From contig NC_068984.1 in assembly GCF_001194135.2 (NCBI RefSeq), positions 126,382,751 to 126,446,750 on the forward strand: a stretch of DNA of 64,000 bases, in the 5' to 3' direction. This DNA comes from Octopus bimaculoides (lineage: Eukaryota). Both the position numbers and the translations under genes were made by a program. Numbering within the stretch: the first letter of the stretch is position 1; each line of letters begins with the position of its first letter. Shown here piece after piece: positions 11,229 to 22,899 of the stretch. The notes below the pieces were generated by a model that saw nothing but the letters and a program-made list of their open reading frames with translations, was not told where the DNA came from and made no database searches.

Positions 11229-12056
11229 GCAGGTGTGGGTTTGTAATCAAGAACTTTGTTTCCCCAACTATATAGTTTTATGTGTAGTGGCTTGTGCAAC
11301 AGCCCCCGGTTGACCAAAGCCTGTGAGTGGATCTGGTTAGTGGAAAATGAAAGAAGCCCTTTTTATATATACTCTTTTACTCTTTTACTTGTTTCAGTCA
11401 TTTGACTGTGGCCATGCTGGAGCACCGCCATTAGTCGAGCAAATCGACCCCAGGACTTATTCTTTGTAAGCCTAGTACTTATTCTATCGGTCACTTTTGC
11501 CGAACCGTTAAGTGACGAGGACATAAGCACACCAGCATCAGTTGTCAAGCAATGCTAAGGGGGACAAACACAGACACACAAACACATACATATATATATA
11601 TATATACATATATACGACGGGCTTCTTTCAGTTTCCATCTACCAAATCCACTCACAAGGCTTTGGTCGGCCCGAGGCTATAGTAGAAGACACTTGCCCAA
11701 GGTGCCACGTAGTGGGACTGAACCTGGAACCATGTAGTTGGTAAGCAAGCTACTTACCACACAGCCACTCCTGTGCCTATATATACATGTGTGTGACTGT
11801 TTATGTATGTGTGTGTAAGTTTTTGTTTCCTTGTTTGACATTGTGTGTTAGTTGTGAGTGAGTGTCACTGTCATACAAACTGTGTCATTCATTTCCAATA
11901 TTCTGCAGAAGTATACCTGGCCAGGGAAAAATATTACCTTGCTTGGAAACAGGTGAATGTAGGTGTCAGGTATGGTATTCAGCTGTAGAAAATCTGCCTT
12001 GATAAACTCCACGCAAGCATGGAAAAGTAGATGTTAATATGGATGATGATGATTTC
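11229..12056 (+). mobile_element. Chimeric SINE (A head + RTE-like B-variant tail) interrupted by an opposite-strand A copy
   Basis: A head 11229-11360; tail 11800-12056 ending GCATGGAAAAGTAGATGTTAATATGGATGATGATGAT. Confidence 0.65.
11371..11778 (-). mobile_element. SINE family A, near full length, young
   Basis: High identity to the reverse complement of 4718-5153. Confidence 0.9.
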
Positions 12057-12095
12057 ATATATATATATATATAGATAGATATATAGATAGATATA

Positions 12096-12478
12096 TCTTT
12101 TACTTTTTTCAGTCATTAGACTGCAGCCATGGTGGGACACCACCTTGAAGAATTTTTAGTTAAAACAATTTACCTCAGTACTTATTTTCTGTTAAGCCTG
12201 ATACTTATTCTACTGGTCCCTTTTGCCGAACCACTAAGTTATAGGTATGTAAACATGCCAACTCTGTTTGTCAAGTGGTGGTAGGGACAAACACAGACAC
12301 AAACTCACACACATATATGACGGGCATCTTTTAGTTTCCTTCTATCAAATCCAATCTCAAGGCTTTGGCTGACCCAAGGCTATAGTAGATGATACTTACC
12401 TAAGATGCCACACAGTGGGACTGAACTTGGAACGATGTGGTTGGGAAGCAAACTTCTTACCACACAGCCATGCCTGCA
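12096..12478 (-). mobile_element. SINE family A
   Basis: Both halves present; diverged. Confidence 0.8.
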
Positions 12479-12920
12479 CTTATATATATATGTATATATA
12501 TATATATATATNNNNNNNNNNNNNNNNNNNNNNNNNNNNNNNNNNNNNNNNNNNNNNNNNNNNNNNNNNNNNNNNNNNNNNNNNNNNNNNNNNNNNNNNN
12601 NNNNNNNNNNNNNNNNNNNNNNNNNNNNTATATTTATTTTTTTCTAAAATTTAACTAAAAGCACAAGAAACAGAAATGATGCAAAAACATACCAAACAGA
12701 AAATTTGTAGCTTATTCCTCATCAATCAACATCTAAAAGATCATTACAACTTTGCACCTTTAATATTGATATAGTTCATTTTTGGTGATGTCAGTGGCAA
12801 AAAGCCACTGGGAATAGCAAATGAATGTACGAGACAATGATGAAAACAAACATGACAAAAGAAAACACACATATACAACAAAAAAAGCTGTGCGGCTGCA
12901 AGACAAATATATATATATAT

Positions 12921-13145
12921 ATATAATTGTTAAAGAGGACGGCAAACATTAAAGCAAGGCAAACATCTCAAGTCGTATACGATATTCTTATTGGAAAAAA
13001 TTCAAAATCTTACAGCTGTTTCTGGGATATATGCAAGTACAGGATATTCTGTCATCAGAGACAAATATTTTCCAATAATAATATTGTACACGACTTGAGA
13101 TGTGTACCTTGCCGTAATGTTTATTGTCCTCTTTAACAATTATAT
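12921..13145. mobile_element. Fold-back element with 78-bp inverted arms and a hammerhead motif in the loop
   Basis: Arms 12921-12998 and 13068-13145 are imperfect reverse complements (inner 36 bp have 3 mismatches); (TA)n on the left, short TA run on the right. Confidence 0.8.
13007..13062 (-). ncRNA. Minimal type-I hammerhead ribozyme motif, intact core
   Basis: Minus strand GTCT-CTGATGA-CAGAATATCCTGTACTTGCATATATCCCA-GAAAC-AGCT-GT-A-AGAT: CUGAUGA, GAAA, GUA cleavage triplet, 4-bp stem I, self-complementary ACAGCUGU helix III; stem II partly eroded. Confidence 0.7.
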
Positions 13146-13280
13146 ATCCGCTGCATCAGAAATCTGCAATGGCCCCATAACTACCATCTCAGCTATAACT
13201 TTGGAGCCCTAGTAATCGGTTACAACACTTACCTAGCATACCTAATCATTTAGATCACCTGTGAACTAAACCTCCATATT

Positions 13281-13385
<105 letters not shown>

Positions 13386-13783
13386 TTATATATATATAAA
13401 TAAAGCTGTTATATTTTTGTAAGAATCCACAGCCCAGTGGAATAGCTTCTGTGCTTCTTTCACTGACAGGTCTGTGAGTTGTGGGTTTATGTCTGGCCGT
13501 GTGCTATTTGATCTGATATCACAACAATATTGCAACATATTAAGATTTGTTAAAGTGTTTCCAATATAGTCACACCATAACAGAATAATATTATAAATAT
13601 ATTATGTGTTTGATTTCTAAGCTACATGATGATACCTGCCAAGAATCAAAGTTGATTAATAAGGCAAAGATCAAAGGTTTTAATACCATGAAACTCTGCT
13701 CAAGTGATGCCAATTTACCTTTCATTTTAGAGAGAGAGGAAGAGAAACTAGTTTCCAATGCATTTAGCATTTCCAATAACAAT

Positions 13784-13852
13784 AAATATTTCTCCTAGAG
13801 ACATCATCATCGTTTAACAATGATGATGATGATGTCTCTAGGAGAAACATTT
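13784..13852. repeat. Hairpin / templated inverted insertion
   Basis: 13789-13811 and 13825-13847 are 23-bp perfect reverse complements; TAACAAT is directly repeated at 13777 and 13815. Confidence 0.9.
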
Positions 13853-14870
13853 GAGAAAGTTCCAATATTTCTTTATAGAACAGTAGTTTATGAAGAACAA
13901 GTGTATTTAGTTCTTTCTAAGGTGTGTTAATTTCTTGTTGTAAAGGTGAAAGTCGTAAATAACATCTCTAGATATAAGAGGTAGCAAGTGTACAAAGAAC
14001 ATGGTTTTCAAAGCTGTTTTCTCCTAAGACTGCACCTTCCATACTACCTGTGTGGAATTCATACAGGATCAAATACTTCAGAAAAAATATGATTTAAAGA
14101 TAAATTATGCAATTCATTGTTTATTGTAAGCTTCTGTCAATCTTATAGTTTTTCTGTAAGCTTCTAACAATCTTATAGTTTTCATAAAGGTATACCTACA
14201 TGAGTGTACCCCCTACCACAAATTTGTTTCCTTATAACTTTCAGGAAAATGAATATTTTTTAATGAAATTTTCTGAAAAAAACTTTCACATGTTGTTGAT
14301 TATGATTTATTGGAATTTGAATGTAAAAAGAACAAAAAAACTGACAGGCGATAACACATACACTGACATACATCACTTAATTTTATGAGGTAGCAAGCCT
14401 AACATATAAATAGTCTATGGGATCATGCTGGTAAGTTAAGACAGTTAATACCATTTACTTACAATATTTTCATACTGAAGCAGAAAGAAAAAAAAAATAT
14501 TCTATTATATGCCCCATTACACAATATAATTATTTCTAGCCACTGATGAAATTTTTTTAAAGTATTTTTTCTTAGTATATACTTTTCTGATTAAGCTTTA
14601 CAATATTTCATGTATTAAAATATGTTAAAACTAAAATAACTATTGTTTTTCTTGCTGAAGGCATTTCTAAATCATTTAATTTCTAAACAGTTCTGTTCTA
14701 TATTTATATATCATGCACTTTGTTAACAATAACATTGTTGGTTATAAGGTCAATCACTGGTTCACAGTACTTCCAATAGTAAGAGTGGCAATGAAGTGTG
14801 TGTAACTCAGGTGAAATAATTATCACAAGGTGCTTTTGTTTGAAAGCTCCAGTTTATCATTTCTTTCCTC

Positions 14871-15250
14871 AGGCATGCCTGTGTCGCTAAGAAGTTTGCA
14901 ACCACATGGTTTTGAGTTCAGTCCTATTGAGTGGTACCTTGGGCAAGTGTCTTCAACTATAGCACTTGGCTGGCCAGTGCCTCGTAAATAAATTTGGTAA
15001 GTGGAAACTGTGTGAAAGCCCATAATATGTATGTCCGTGTGTATACATATATGTCTTTGTCCCCCTCCACCACTTGATGACCAGTGTTGGTTTGTTTACA
15101 TTCATGTAAATTAGGGATTCAGTTAAAGAGACTGACAGAATAAGCGCTAGACTTAAAAATAAGTACTGAGGTTGATTTGTTTGACTAGACCCAGCAAGAA
15201 GGTACCTCAGCTTGGCTGCAGTCCAAGGAATGAAACAAGAGATAAAAGAT
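14871..15250 (+). mobile_element. SINE family A, diverged
   Basis: Head, hinge and 3' module all recognisable. Confidence 0.75.
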
Positions 15251-15496
15251 GAAGGACATTAGTGAAACAGTCATTAGAATGTTGAACAGAATGGTCTGCA
15301 GTATTCATTCTAGCTATCTATGTTCTGGGTTCAAACCTTTTATCTTTTTAAGGTTGGTAAATATAATGCCAATCCAATACTGGGGGTGTCTATTCTTTTC
15401 TCTGGAAGAAATTGGCTGGCATAAAATGCCTAAGGCACCATATATTACAATGGCATTGCACCCCTGAATCCATCCAAAGTTGAGGACCCAAAAGAA

Positions 15497-15836
15497 GCGG
15501 CATATGGCCCAGTGGTTAAAGTGTTGGGCTCACAATCATGAGGTAGTGAGTTTGATTCCTGGACTGGGCTGTGTGTTGTGTTCTTGAGTAAGGTACTTTA
15601 TTTCACATTGCTCCAGTTCACTCAGCTGTAGAAATGAGTTGCAATGTCACTGGTGCTAAGCTCTGTCGGCCTTTGCCTTTCCCTTAGATAACATCGGTGG
15701 TGTGAAGGGAGGAGGCTGGTATGCATGGGCGACTGCTGGTCTTCCATAAAACAACCTTGCTCGGACTTGTGTCTCGGAGGGTAACTTTCTAGGTGCAATC
15801 CCAAGGTCATTCATGATGGAAGGGGGGTGTTTACTT
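15497..15836 (+). mobile_element. tRNA-derived SINE family E with CORE-like central domain
   Basis: A box TGGCCCAGTGGTTAA, B box GAGTTTGATTCC; CTTGAGTAAGGTACTTTATTTCACATTGCTCCAGTTCACTCAGCTGTAGAAATGAGT resembles the CORE domain; homologous to 16177, 36742 and 62142. Confidence 0.8.
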
Positions 15837-16176
15837 TATATATATTATGGGGTCACTGGTTCAGGTTCACTACGTAGCACCTTGAGGAAGTGTTTTGTTC
15901 TATAGACCAGAGCTGACCAATGTCTTGTGAGTAAATTTAGTGAGTGGAAGCCTCATCAAAGCCCACTAAATTGTATGTGTGTGCATATGCAAGTGTGTGC
16001 GCATTTATATTTCCATTCCTGTAGCTTAGTGGTTCAACAAAAAGAGACTGATAGAATAAGTACCAGATGAATAAATTACAATAAAAGTACTGAAGTACTT
16101 TTATTTTAGCCCTTCAAGCCTTAGCATGCCTCCAGTCTAAAGATTGAAATGTGTAAAACAGTAAAATATATGATAT

Positions 16177-16515
16177 GGTGTATGGCTCATTGGTTAGAGT
16201 GTCAAGCTCACAATCACGAGTTTGTGAATTTGATTCCCATATAGGGCTGTGTGTTGTGTTGCTGAGCAAGACACTTTATTTTATGTTGTTCCAGTTCACT
16301 CAGCTGTAGAAATGAGTTGCAATGTCACAGGTGCCAAACTGTATTGACCTTTGCCTTTCCCCTGGATAACATCAGTGGTGTGGAGAGGGGAAGCTGTTAT
16401 GTCTGGGAAACTGCTGGTCTTCCATAAACAGCCTTGCCTAGACTTGTGCCTTAGAGGGGAACTTTCTAGGTGCAATCCCATGGTCATTTATGACTGAAGG
16501 GGGTCCTTTATTTAC
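16177..16515 (+). mobile_element. SINE family E
   Basis: Collinear with 15497-15836. Confidence 0.8.
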
Positions 16516-16949
16516 CTTTATTTACTCATATACACACAAAGAGATGATGGCCTTTCATATAGTTTAACTTACAGAGCATCAGAAGCTATGGTAGATTTTT
16601 GTTAAAAATGCTGTAGTGTGGATTGAACATGAAGCGCTGTGATTGCTGAGTGAACTTACTAACCACACAGCCATAACTGCACCCATTTTCCTATGCTAAC
16701 AAATACAGCCTTTTGTATATATTCAGTAGTTTGTTCATCATCACTTCACCAAGTGCTCCTCTTCTTTGCCTGAGAAATGAACATGTGATGTATGGCATAA
16801 CATTTTTACCTACACACTCATTTATTTCTAATTAGGATTTTAATTGTCCTTCCATTAACTGTCTTAACACTAACTTAATTTATAGGAAAGATCAGGTAAC
16901 AAAATCTAAAAATCCAGCTTATAATAATGATAATAATAATAATTATTAT

Positions 16950-17590
16950 TCTTTCTACTAAAGGCAGAAGGCCTGAAATTTAGGGGGAAGGGACTAATCA
17001 AGTACATTGACCCCAGTGTTTCACTAGTACTTAATTTATCTGCCCTGAAAGGATGAAAGGCAAAGTTAACCTCAGTGGAATTCGAACTCAGAACATAAAG
17101 ATGTGTCACTAAGCATTTTGTTTGGCGTGCTAACAATTATGCCGGTTCACTACCTTTATAATGATAATAATAGTTTCGCGGGAAGGGGCTTGTTGATTAC
17201 ATCGACCCTAGTACTTAACTGGTACTATTTTATCAACCCCAAAGGAATGAAAGGTAAAGCTAACTTCGGTGGAATTTGAACTCAGAATGTAAAAACAGAT
17301 GAAATTCTGCTAAACATTTCACCCAGTGTGCTTATGATTCTGTCAGCTCACCATGTTTATAATAATAATAATAATAACAACAACAACAACAATTGCTTCA
17401 CATCTTGGCTCAAGGCCAGTAATTTTAAGTAATTTTATCACTTGACTGATACTTTATTATATTGACTCCCACCCCTAAAAGAATGTAAGGCAAAATTAAC
17501 TTCTGTGAGATTTGAACTAAGAATGTAAAGAGTTGGAAGAAATTCCACAAAGCTGTTTTTCTGAAGCTTCAAAAATTCTGCCATTTCACC
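16950..17590 (-). mobile_element. Array of 3 SINE family C copies
   Basis: Copies at about 16950-17154, 17172-17353 and 17395-17590, separated by (TAA)n. Confidence 0.75.
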
Positions 17591-17925
17591 ATCCAATCAT
17601 ATAATCTAACATAGATACCAAGTCAAATATTTTGTGAAAGTGATGTATTCATTTCAATAGATCCTAGAATATAACCGGTACCTATTTTCTGAAACCCAGA
17701 AGTATTAAAGGCTGGATTTGAATATGTTAAGGATACACAGGCACATTCTAGCTTTTGCACGTAACCACAAATTTTGGTAGAAGGATATACTTGATAAAAT
17801 TGATTTCAGTATTGGACTAGTACATATTTTATTGAAACTAGAAGGATGAAAGACAAAATAAAAAAAAAAAAAAANNNNNNNNNNAAAAAAAAAAAAAAAA
17901 AAAAAGGTATTTGGGCTTAGGTATA

Positions 17926-18312
17926 GGCACAGGTGTGGTTATGTGGTTAAGAAACTTGCTTCCCAACAATGTAGTTGTGGATTCAGTACCACGGTGCAGC
18001 AGCTTAGGTGTCTTCCACTATAGCTTCAAGTTGACCAAAGCTTTGCAAGTGGATTCGGTAAATGGAAATTGAAAGAAGCCCATTTATGTGTGTGTGTTTG
18101 TACACTTGTCTTGACATTACATGATGGTTGTAAATAAGCGTCACTGTCATATAAGTGGTGTTGTTTGTTTCCAGTCTTCTGTAGAAAACATATCTAGCCT
18201 TGGGAACTATTACAGGTGAGGGTTGGCAGCAGGAAAATCTGCCTCAACAAATTCCATCTGACTCATGCAAGCATGGAAAAGTGGACATTAAATGATGATG
18301 ATGATAATGATG
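17926..18312 (+). mobile_element. Chimeric SINE (A head + B-variant tail), uninterrupted
   Basis: A head to 18085, (TG)n, then TTGTCTTGACATTAC...GCATGGAAAAGTGGACATTAAATGATGATG. Confidence 0.75.
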
Positions 18313-18859
18313 TAGAACATATGGGTATTTAACTAAATACTACAAGGAATTTTGTCAGCAGCTATACCAATTCTATTATCCATGAATAAATGTATCTTTT
18401 CTACATATGTCAAGCCACTCAGTTTCAAGTCTCTATGGTACACATATGAACCTCCCATCTCATTATCTCCATGTAGATGACCCATCAGATATCACATAAA
18501 ATATGTTGGGTCTTTTCTTTTTCCATGACAAAATGACAATAGTGTGTTAATAATTAATACAGCAAATATTGAATGAATATATTGTTGTGCAGAAGTGAGC
18601 TAAAACATTGAAAAATTACACTGGTTTAGCTATTGAATCAAAGACATTGCAGTATAAGAAATGTATCCATTATTTTGTTTGTTATTGCTTTCACTGAATT
18701 TATGCACAACTATATCTGTAAAGATATCAACAATTTTCCTATAAGGAAATGTTCAATAGGTGTGTTCCTGAAAATAGTAATCCTATCCTAGGGTCTTTGG
18801 TGCCTTGCTGTACACAATAAGACTCATCCTCCACAGCAAAATTGTTAATGTTGCTCCCC

Positions 18860-19138
18860 ATGCTGAAGAAGATTGGCCTGCAGGAGCCTTTTGCTGATTC
18901 TACATAAAAAGCATCTGTGCTGGTGTCACATAAAAAGCTTCCATGCAAGCACCCATGCTGATGCCACGTAAAAGCACCCATAACACCCTGTAAAGTGGTT
19001 GGCATTGGGAAAGGCATACAGCCATTAGAAACCATGCCAAATCAGACTGGTACCTGATGCAGCTCTTCTGCTTGCCAGCTCTGGTCAAACTATCTAACCC
19101 ATGCCAGCATGGAAAATAGATGTTAAATGATAATGATA
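18860..19138 (+). mobile_element. RTE-LINE 3' UTR (family B)
   Basis: Repeated CAC(G/A)TAAAAGCA units, GGCATTGGGAAAGGCAT, tail GATGTTAAATGATAATGAT. Confidence 0.75.
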
Positions 19139-19231
19139 CTTTCACCAAGTATTTGTTAACTTTTGGTATTTTTATGTATGTTTTCCAAGTTTTGTTTAAT
19201 TGTTTTTGATGCTAGAGAGGAGACCCTTAAC

Positions 19232-19630
19232 CATCATCGTCATCATTAACATCTACTTTTTCATGCTTGCATGGGTCAGATGGAATTTGTTGGGGCATAT
19301 TTTCTTCACCTAGATGCCCTTCCTAAAGTCACCTTTCACATGTTTCTAAGGAAGCTAATGTTTTCTATGGTTGGACATATTTTTCATGGAAGACTGGAAA
19401 TGAACAACATGCTTATCCACAGCATCATGTGATGTCAAGATAAGAGTACAACTACACATACCTACAAGAAGCTTTCTTTCAGTTTCTATCTACGAAATCC
19501 ACTCACACGGCTTTGGTTGGCCCAGGGCTATAGAAGACACCGTTCATTTCTTAAGGCACCATGCAATGGGATGGAACCCAAGACCATATGATCAGCAAGC
19601 TTGTTAGCCACACAGCTGCACCTACACCTG
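19232..19630 (-). mobile_element. Chimeric SINE (A head + B-variant tail)
   Basis: Tail 19232-19440 and head 19450-19630, both on the minus strand. Confidence 0.7.
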
Positions 19631-19815
19631 CACCTGCTAACTGTATCTCTCATATAATCATCATAGAAATTGTTTTGCATTTATAGGTGTTGGTAAGGTT
19701 GTATTAAGACCCACAGAGGCCCTAAGCACTTAAAAGATTTTAGTGCCCCAATATATATGTAATTCAAAATATAAACAATAATAAACCATACTTCATTTTA
19801 TTATTACCTTTTATT

Positions 19816-20131
19816 ATGAAAGGCAAAGTTGACCTCGATGAAATTTAAACCCAGAGTATAAAGTGCCAGAACAAATGCTAAAAGTCCCTCCACACACACA
19901 CACCACATTCTAACAATGCCATTGGTTTGCCACCTTTATAAATTTTTCTGATTTAGGCTCAAGGGCAGCAGTTTTTGAGAGGAAGGGGTTAGTTGCTTGC
20001 ACTGATCCCAATACTTGACTGGTACGTCATTTTATCAACCTTGGGGGCTGGGGGTGGAAGGCAAAGTTAACCTTGGAACTCAGAATATGAAGATTCAGAA
20101 GAAAATACTGTTTTTCTAATTCACCATCCTT

Positions 20132-20162
<31 letters not shown>

Positions 20163-21070
20163 GAATGATTTCAAATTTTGGAACAAGGCTAGCAATTTTT
20201 GGGAAGGAGATAAGTCAATTACATTGACCCCAGTGTTCAACTGGTACTTATTTTATCAAGCCTGAAAGGATGCAAGACAGATAGCCTTGGCAGAATTTGA
20301 ACTGAGAATGTAAAGATAGACGAAATGCAGCTCAGCATTTTGCCCAGCATGTTAACCATTCTGCCAACTGACCACCTTAGTAGTAGTAGTAGTAGTAGTA
20401 ATAATCCTTTCTATTATAAACACAAGGCCTGAAATTTTGGTGGGGAGGGGGAAAGTTGATTACATTTTACTGGTACTTAATTTATCGATTCCAAAAAGAT
20501 GAAAAGGCAAAGTCAACCTTGGCAGAATTTGAACCCAAAACGTGAAGACAGATGAAATACTGCTAAGCATTTTGCCCAATGTGCTAACAACTCTGCCAGC
20601 TTGCTTTGTTGTAGTAGTAGTCGTAGTAATAATAATGATTTCAAATTTTGGCACAAGGTCAGTAATTTTGAGGGGTGGGGTAAGTCAATTACATCAGCCT
20701 CAGTGCTCAACTGGGATTTATTTTATCAGTTCTGAAGGGGACAGAAGGCAAAGTCAACCTCAACAGAATTCAAACTCAGAATGTAAAGAGCAAGAAGAAA
20801 TGCTGCTAAGCTTCATCTGATGCACCAATGATTCTGGCAGTACCCTATCTTAATAATCCTTTCTACTATAGGCACAAGGCTTGAAATTTTTGGAGAGGGC
20901 GATAGTCGATTGCATTGACCCCAATGCTCAATTGGTACAACTTTAGCTACCCCAAAAGGATGAAAGGCAAAGTCAATTCCAGTGGCATTTGAACTCAGAA
21001 TGTAAAGACAGATGAAAAACCACTAAAGCATTTTGTCCACCATGCTAACAATCCTGCTAGCGCACCATCT
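19816..21070 (-). mobile_element. Array of about 6 head-to-tail SINE family C copies
   Basis: Copies start near 19816, 19945, 20165, 20405, 20636 and 20855; spacers are (TAG)n/(TAA)n. Confidence 0.8.
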
Positions 21071-21278
21071 TTCCCCACCTTAATAATAATTATGAATTAT
21101 ACAGTTCCTAATTAAGGTAAGTGTGAATTTTCAAAAATAGATGACAGCCTGATGGTGATAATGGATGTTCTCTGCAGAATATACAGAAATAATCTTAGTG
21201 TTTGGAGGGGGACATGTTATCTTGTTGAAATATGAGGTCTCATATCTTCTATTGACCGTACATATCAAACAATGCTGT

Positions 21279-21580
21279 CATCATCATCATCGTTTAACGT
21301 CTGCTTTCCATGCTAGCATGGGTTGGACGATTTGACTGAGGACTGGTGAAACCGGATGGCAACACCAGGCTCCAATCTAATTTGGCAGAGTTTCTACAGC
21401 TGGATGCCCTTCCTAACGCCAACCACTCAGAGAGTGTAGTAGGTGCTTTTACGTGTCACCCGCACGAAGGCCAATCAGGCGGTACTGGCAACGGCCACGC
21501 TCGAAAATGGTGTCTTTTATGTGCCACCCGCACAAGAGCCAGTCCAGGGGCACTGGCAACGATCTCGCTCGAAAACCCTA
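21279..21580 (-). mobile_element. RTE-LINE 3' UTR (family B), young, longer copy
   Basis: Near-identical to 5485-5718 with extra upstream GC-rich units. Confidence 0.85.
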
Positions 21581-21599
21581 CGAAGTCCAGTCAGACAGT

Positions 21600-22140
21600 C
21601 ATATCAATGTGCTGTTTATATACAACAGTATTGGTGTCTTATTTAAGTGATGTTTTAATTGATACAGCCATATCCATATGTGGTTTAAACACAGCAGTAT
21701 TGTTTTCTGTATTATATACATATGTTGACAACTGTCTCAGTATGTAGTTTATACACAACACTTGTTTTCTGTATTATATATGGGATGTTAATAACTGTCA
21801 ATATGTGATTTATACACAGCAATAATTTTTGTATTATATATGTATTTAAACTATATCAGTATGTGGTTTGTACACAACAATATTGTTTTCTCTAATACTT
21901 ACATGATGCAATGGTAACTAACAACATGTAGTTTATATTCAACAATATTGTCTTGTGTATAATATATGTTGATATAATTGTTTTGATATGTGATTTATAT
22001 TCAACAATATTGACATCTGTATTTTATGAATTGATACAGCCTTAACAAAGTATAGTTTATACATAGCAACATTGATGTTAATATTGTATTTCTGATGTAT
22101 TGAAAGAACCATATTGGTGTGTGGTTTATATACACCAATA
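21600..22140. repeat. Degenerate ~57-60-bp minisatellite
   Basis: Recurring ATGTGRTTTATACACAACAATATTGTTTTCTGTATT motif. Confidence 0.7.
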
Positions 22141-22239
22141 TTATTATCATTTATAGTAACAATATTTTTGATACATAATCTCCTGAACATTGGAACTAAC
22201 AGAAAGTGTAACATTTGAAAACCTTATGTTCCCAGGTAG

Positions 22240-22690
22240 ATAATCTGTACTATATATTAATGGATAAGCTGTGTAATGTGTATATTAATAGATAATGTAT
22301 GTATATAATTGGATAATCTCTGTAGTGTATTTTTAATAGATAATCTGTGTATATAAATGGATAATCTATGTAATGTGTATTAAGATAATCTTTGATGTAG
22401 ATTAAGATAATCTATGTAAATAAATGGATAGTGTGTGTATATTAGCAAATAATCTGAGTTATAAAGAGTTATTGTATGTGTATACAAATAGTTAATCTAC
22501 GTGGGGTATATTAATGGATAATCTATATCTATATAAATGGACAATGTGTGTTGTACTTAAATGGATAAAAATGTATGTGATGTGTATTAATGGATTATCT
22601 ATGTCTATAGCAAATGGACAATTTGCGTGTGGCGTATACAGACTGGATAATCTGTGTTGTATATTAAAAGATAACCTATGAATATACGGT
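22240..22690. repeat. Degenerate ~25-30-bp minisatellite
   Basis: Recurring AATGGATAATCT(A/G)TGT motif. Confidence 0.7.
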
Positions 22691-22899
22691 GTTATTTCTA
22701 CCTAAATAGATGCTGAAGTCTTGTACGTGCTAAAGACAAGACCAACGTGTAAAGAAATTGTATAGCTAACATTTCACTTGTACTTGCTAAACTTAATCAC
22801 CATTCATCTTATCCTGAGCACTAAAATCACCAGTCCATGGAACTTGTGTACAATGAATATTATATAGACATATGTAGATGGAGGTGTGTGTGTGTACAC

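Noticed and set aside
21600-22140. CRISPR-like regular spacing
   Set aside because: Whole units are degenerate copies with no unique spacers, and the context is eukaryotic.
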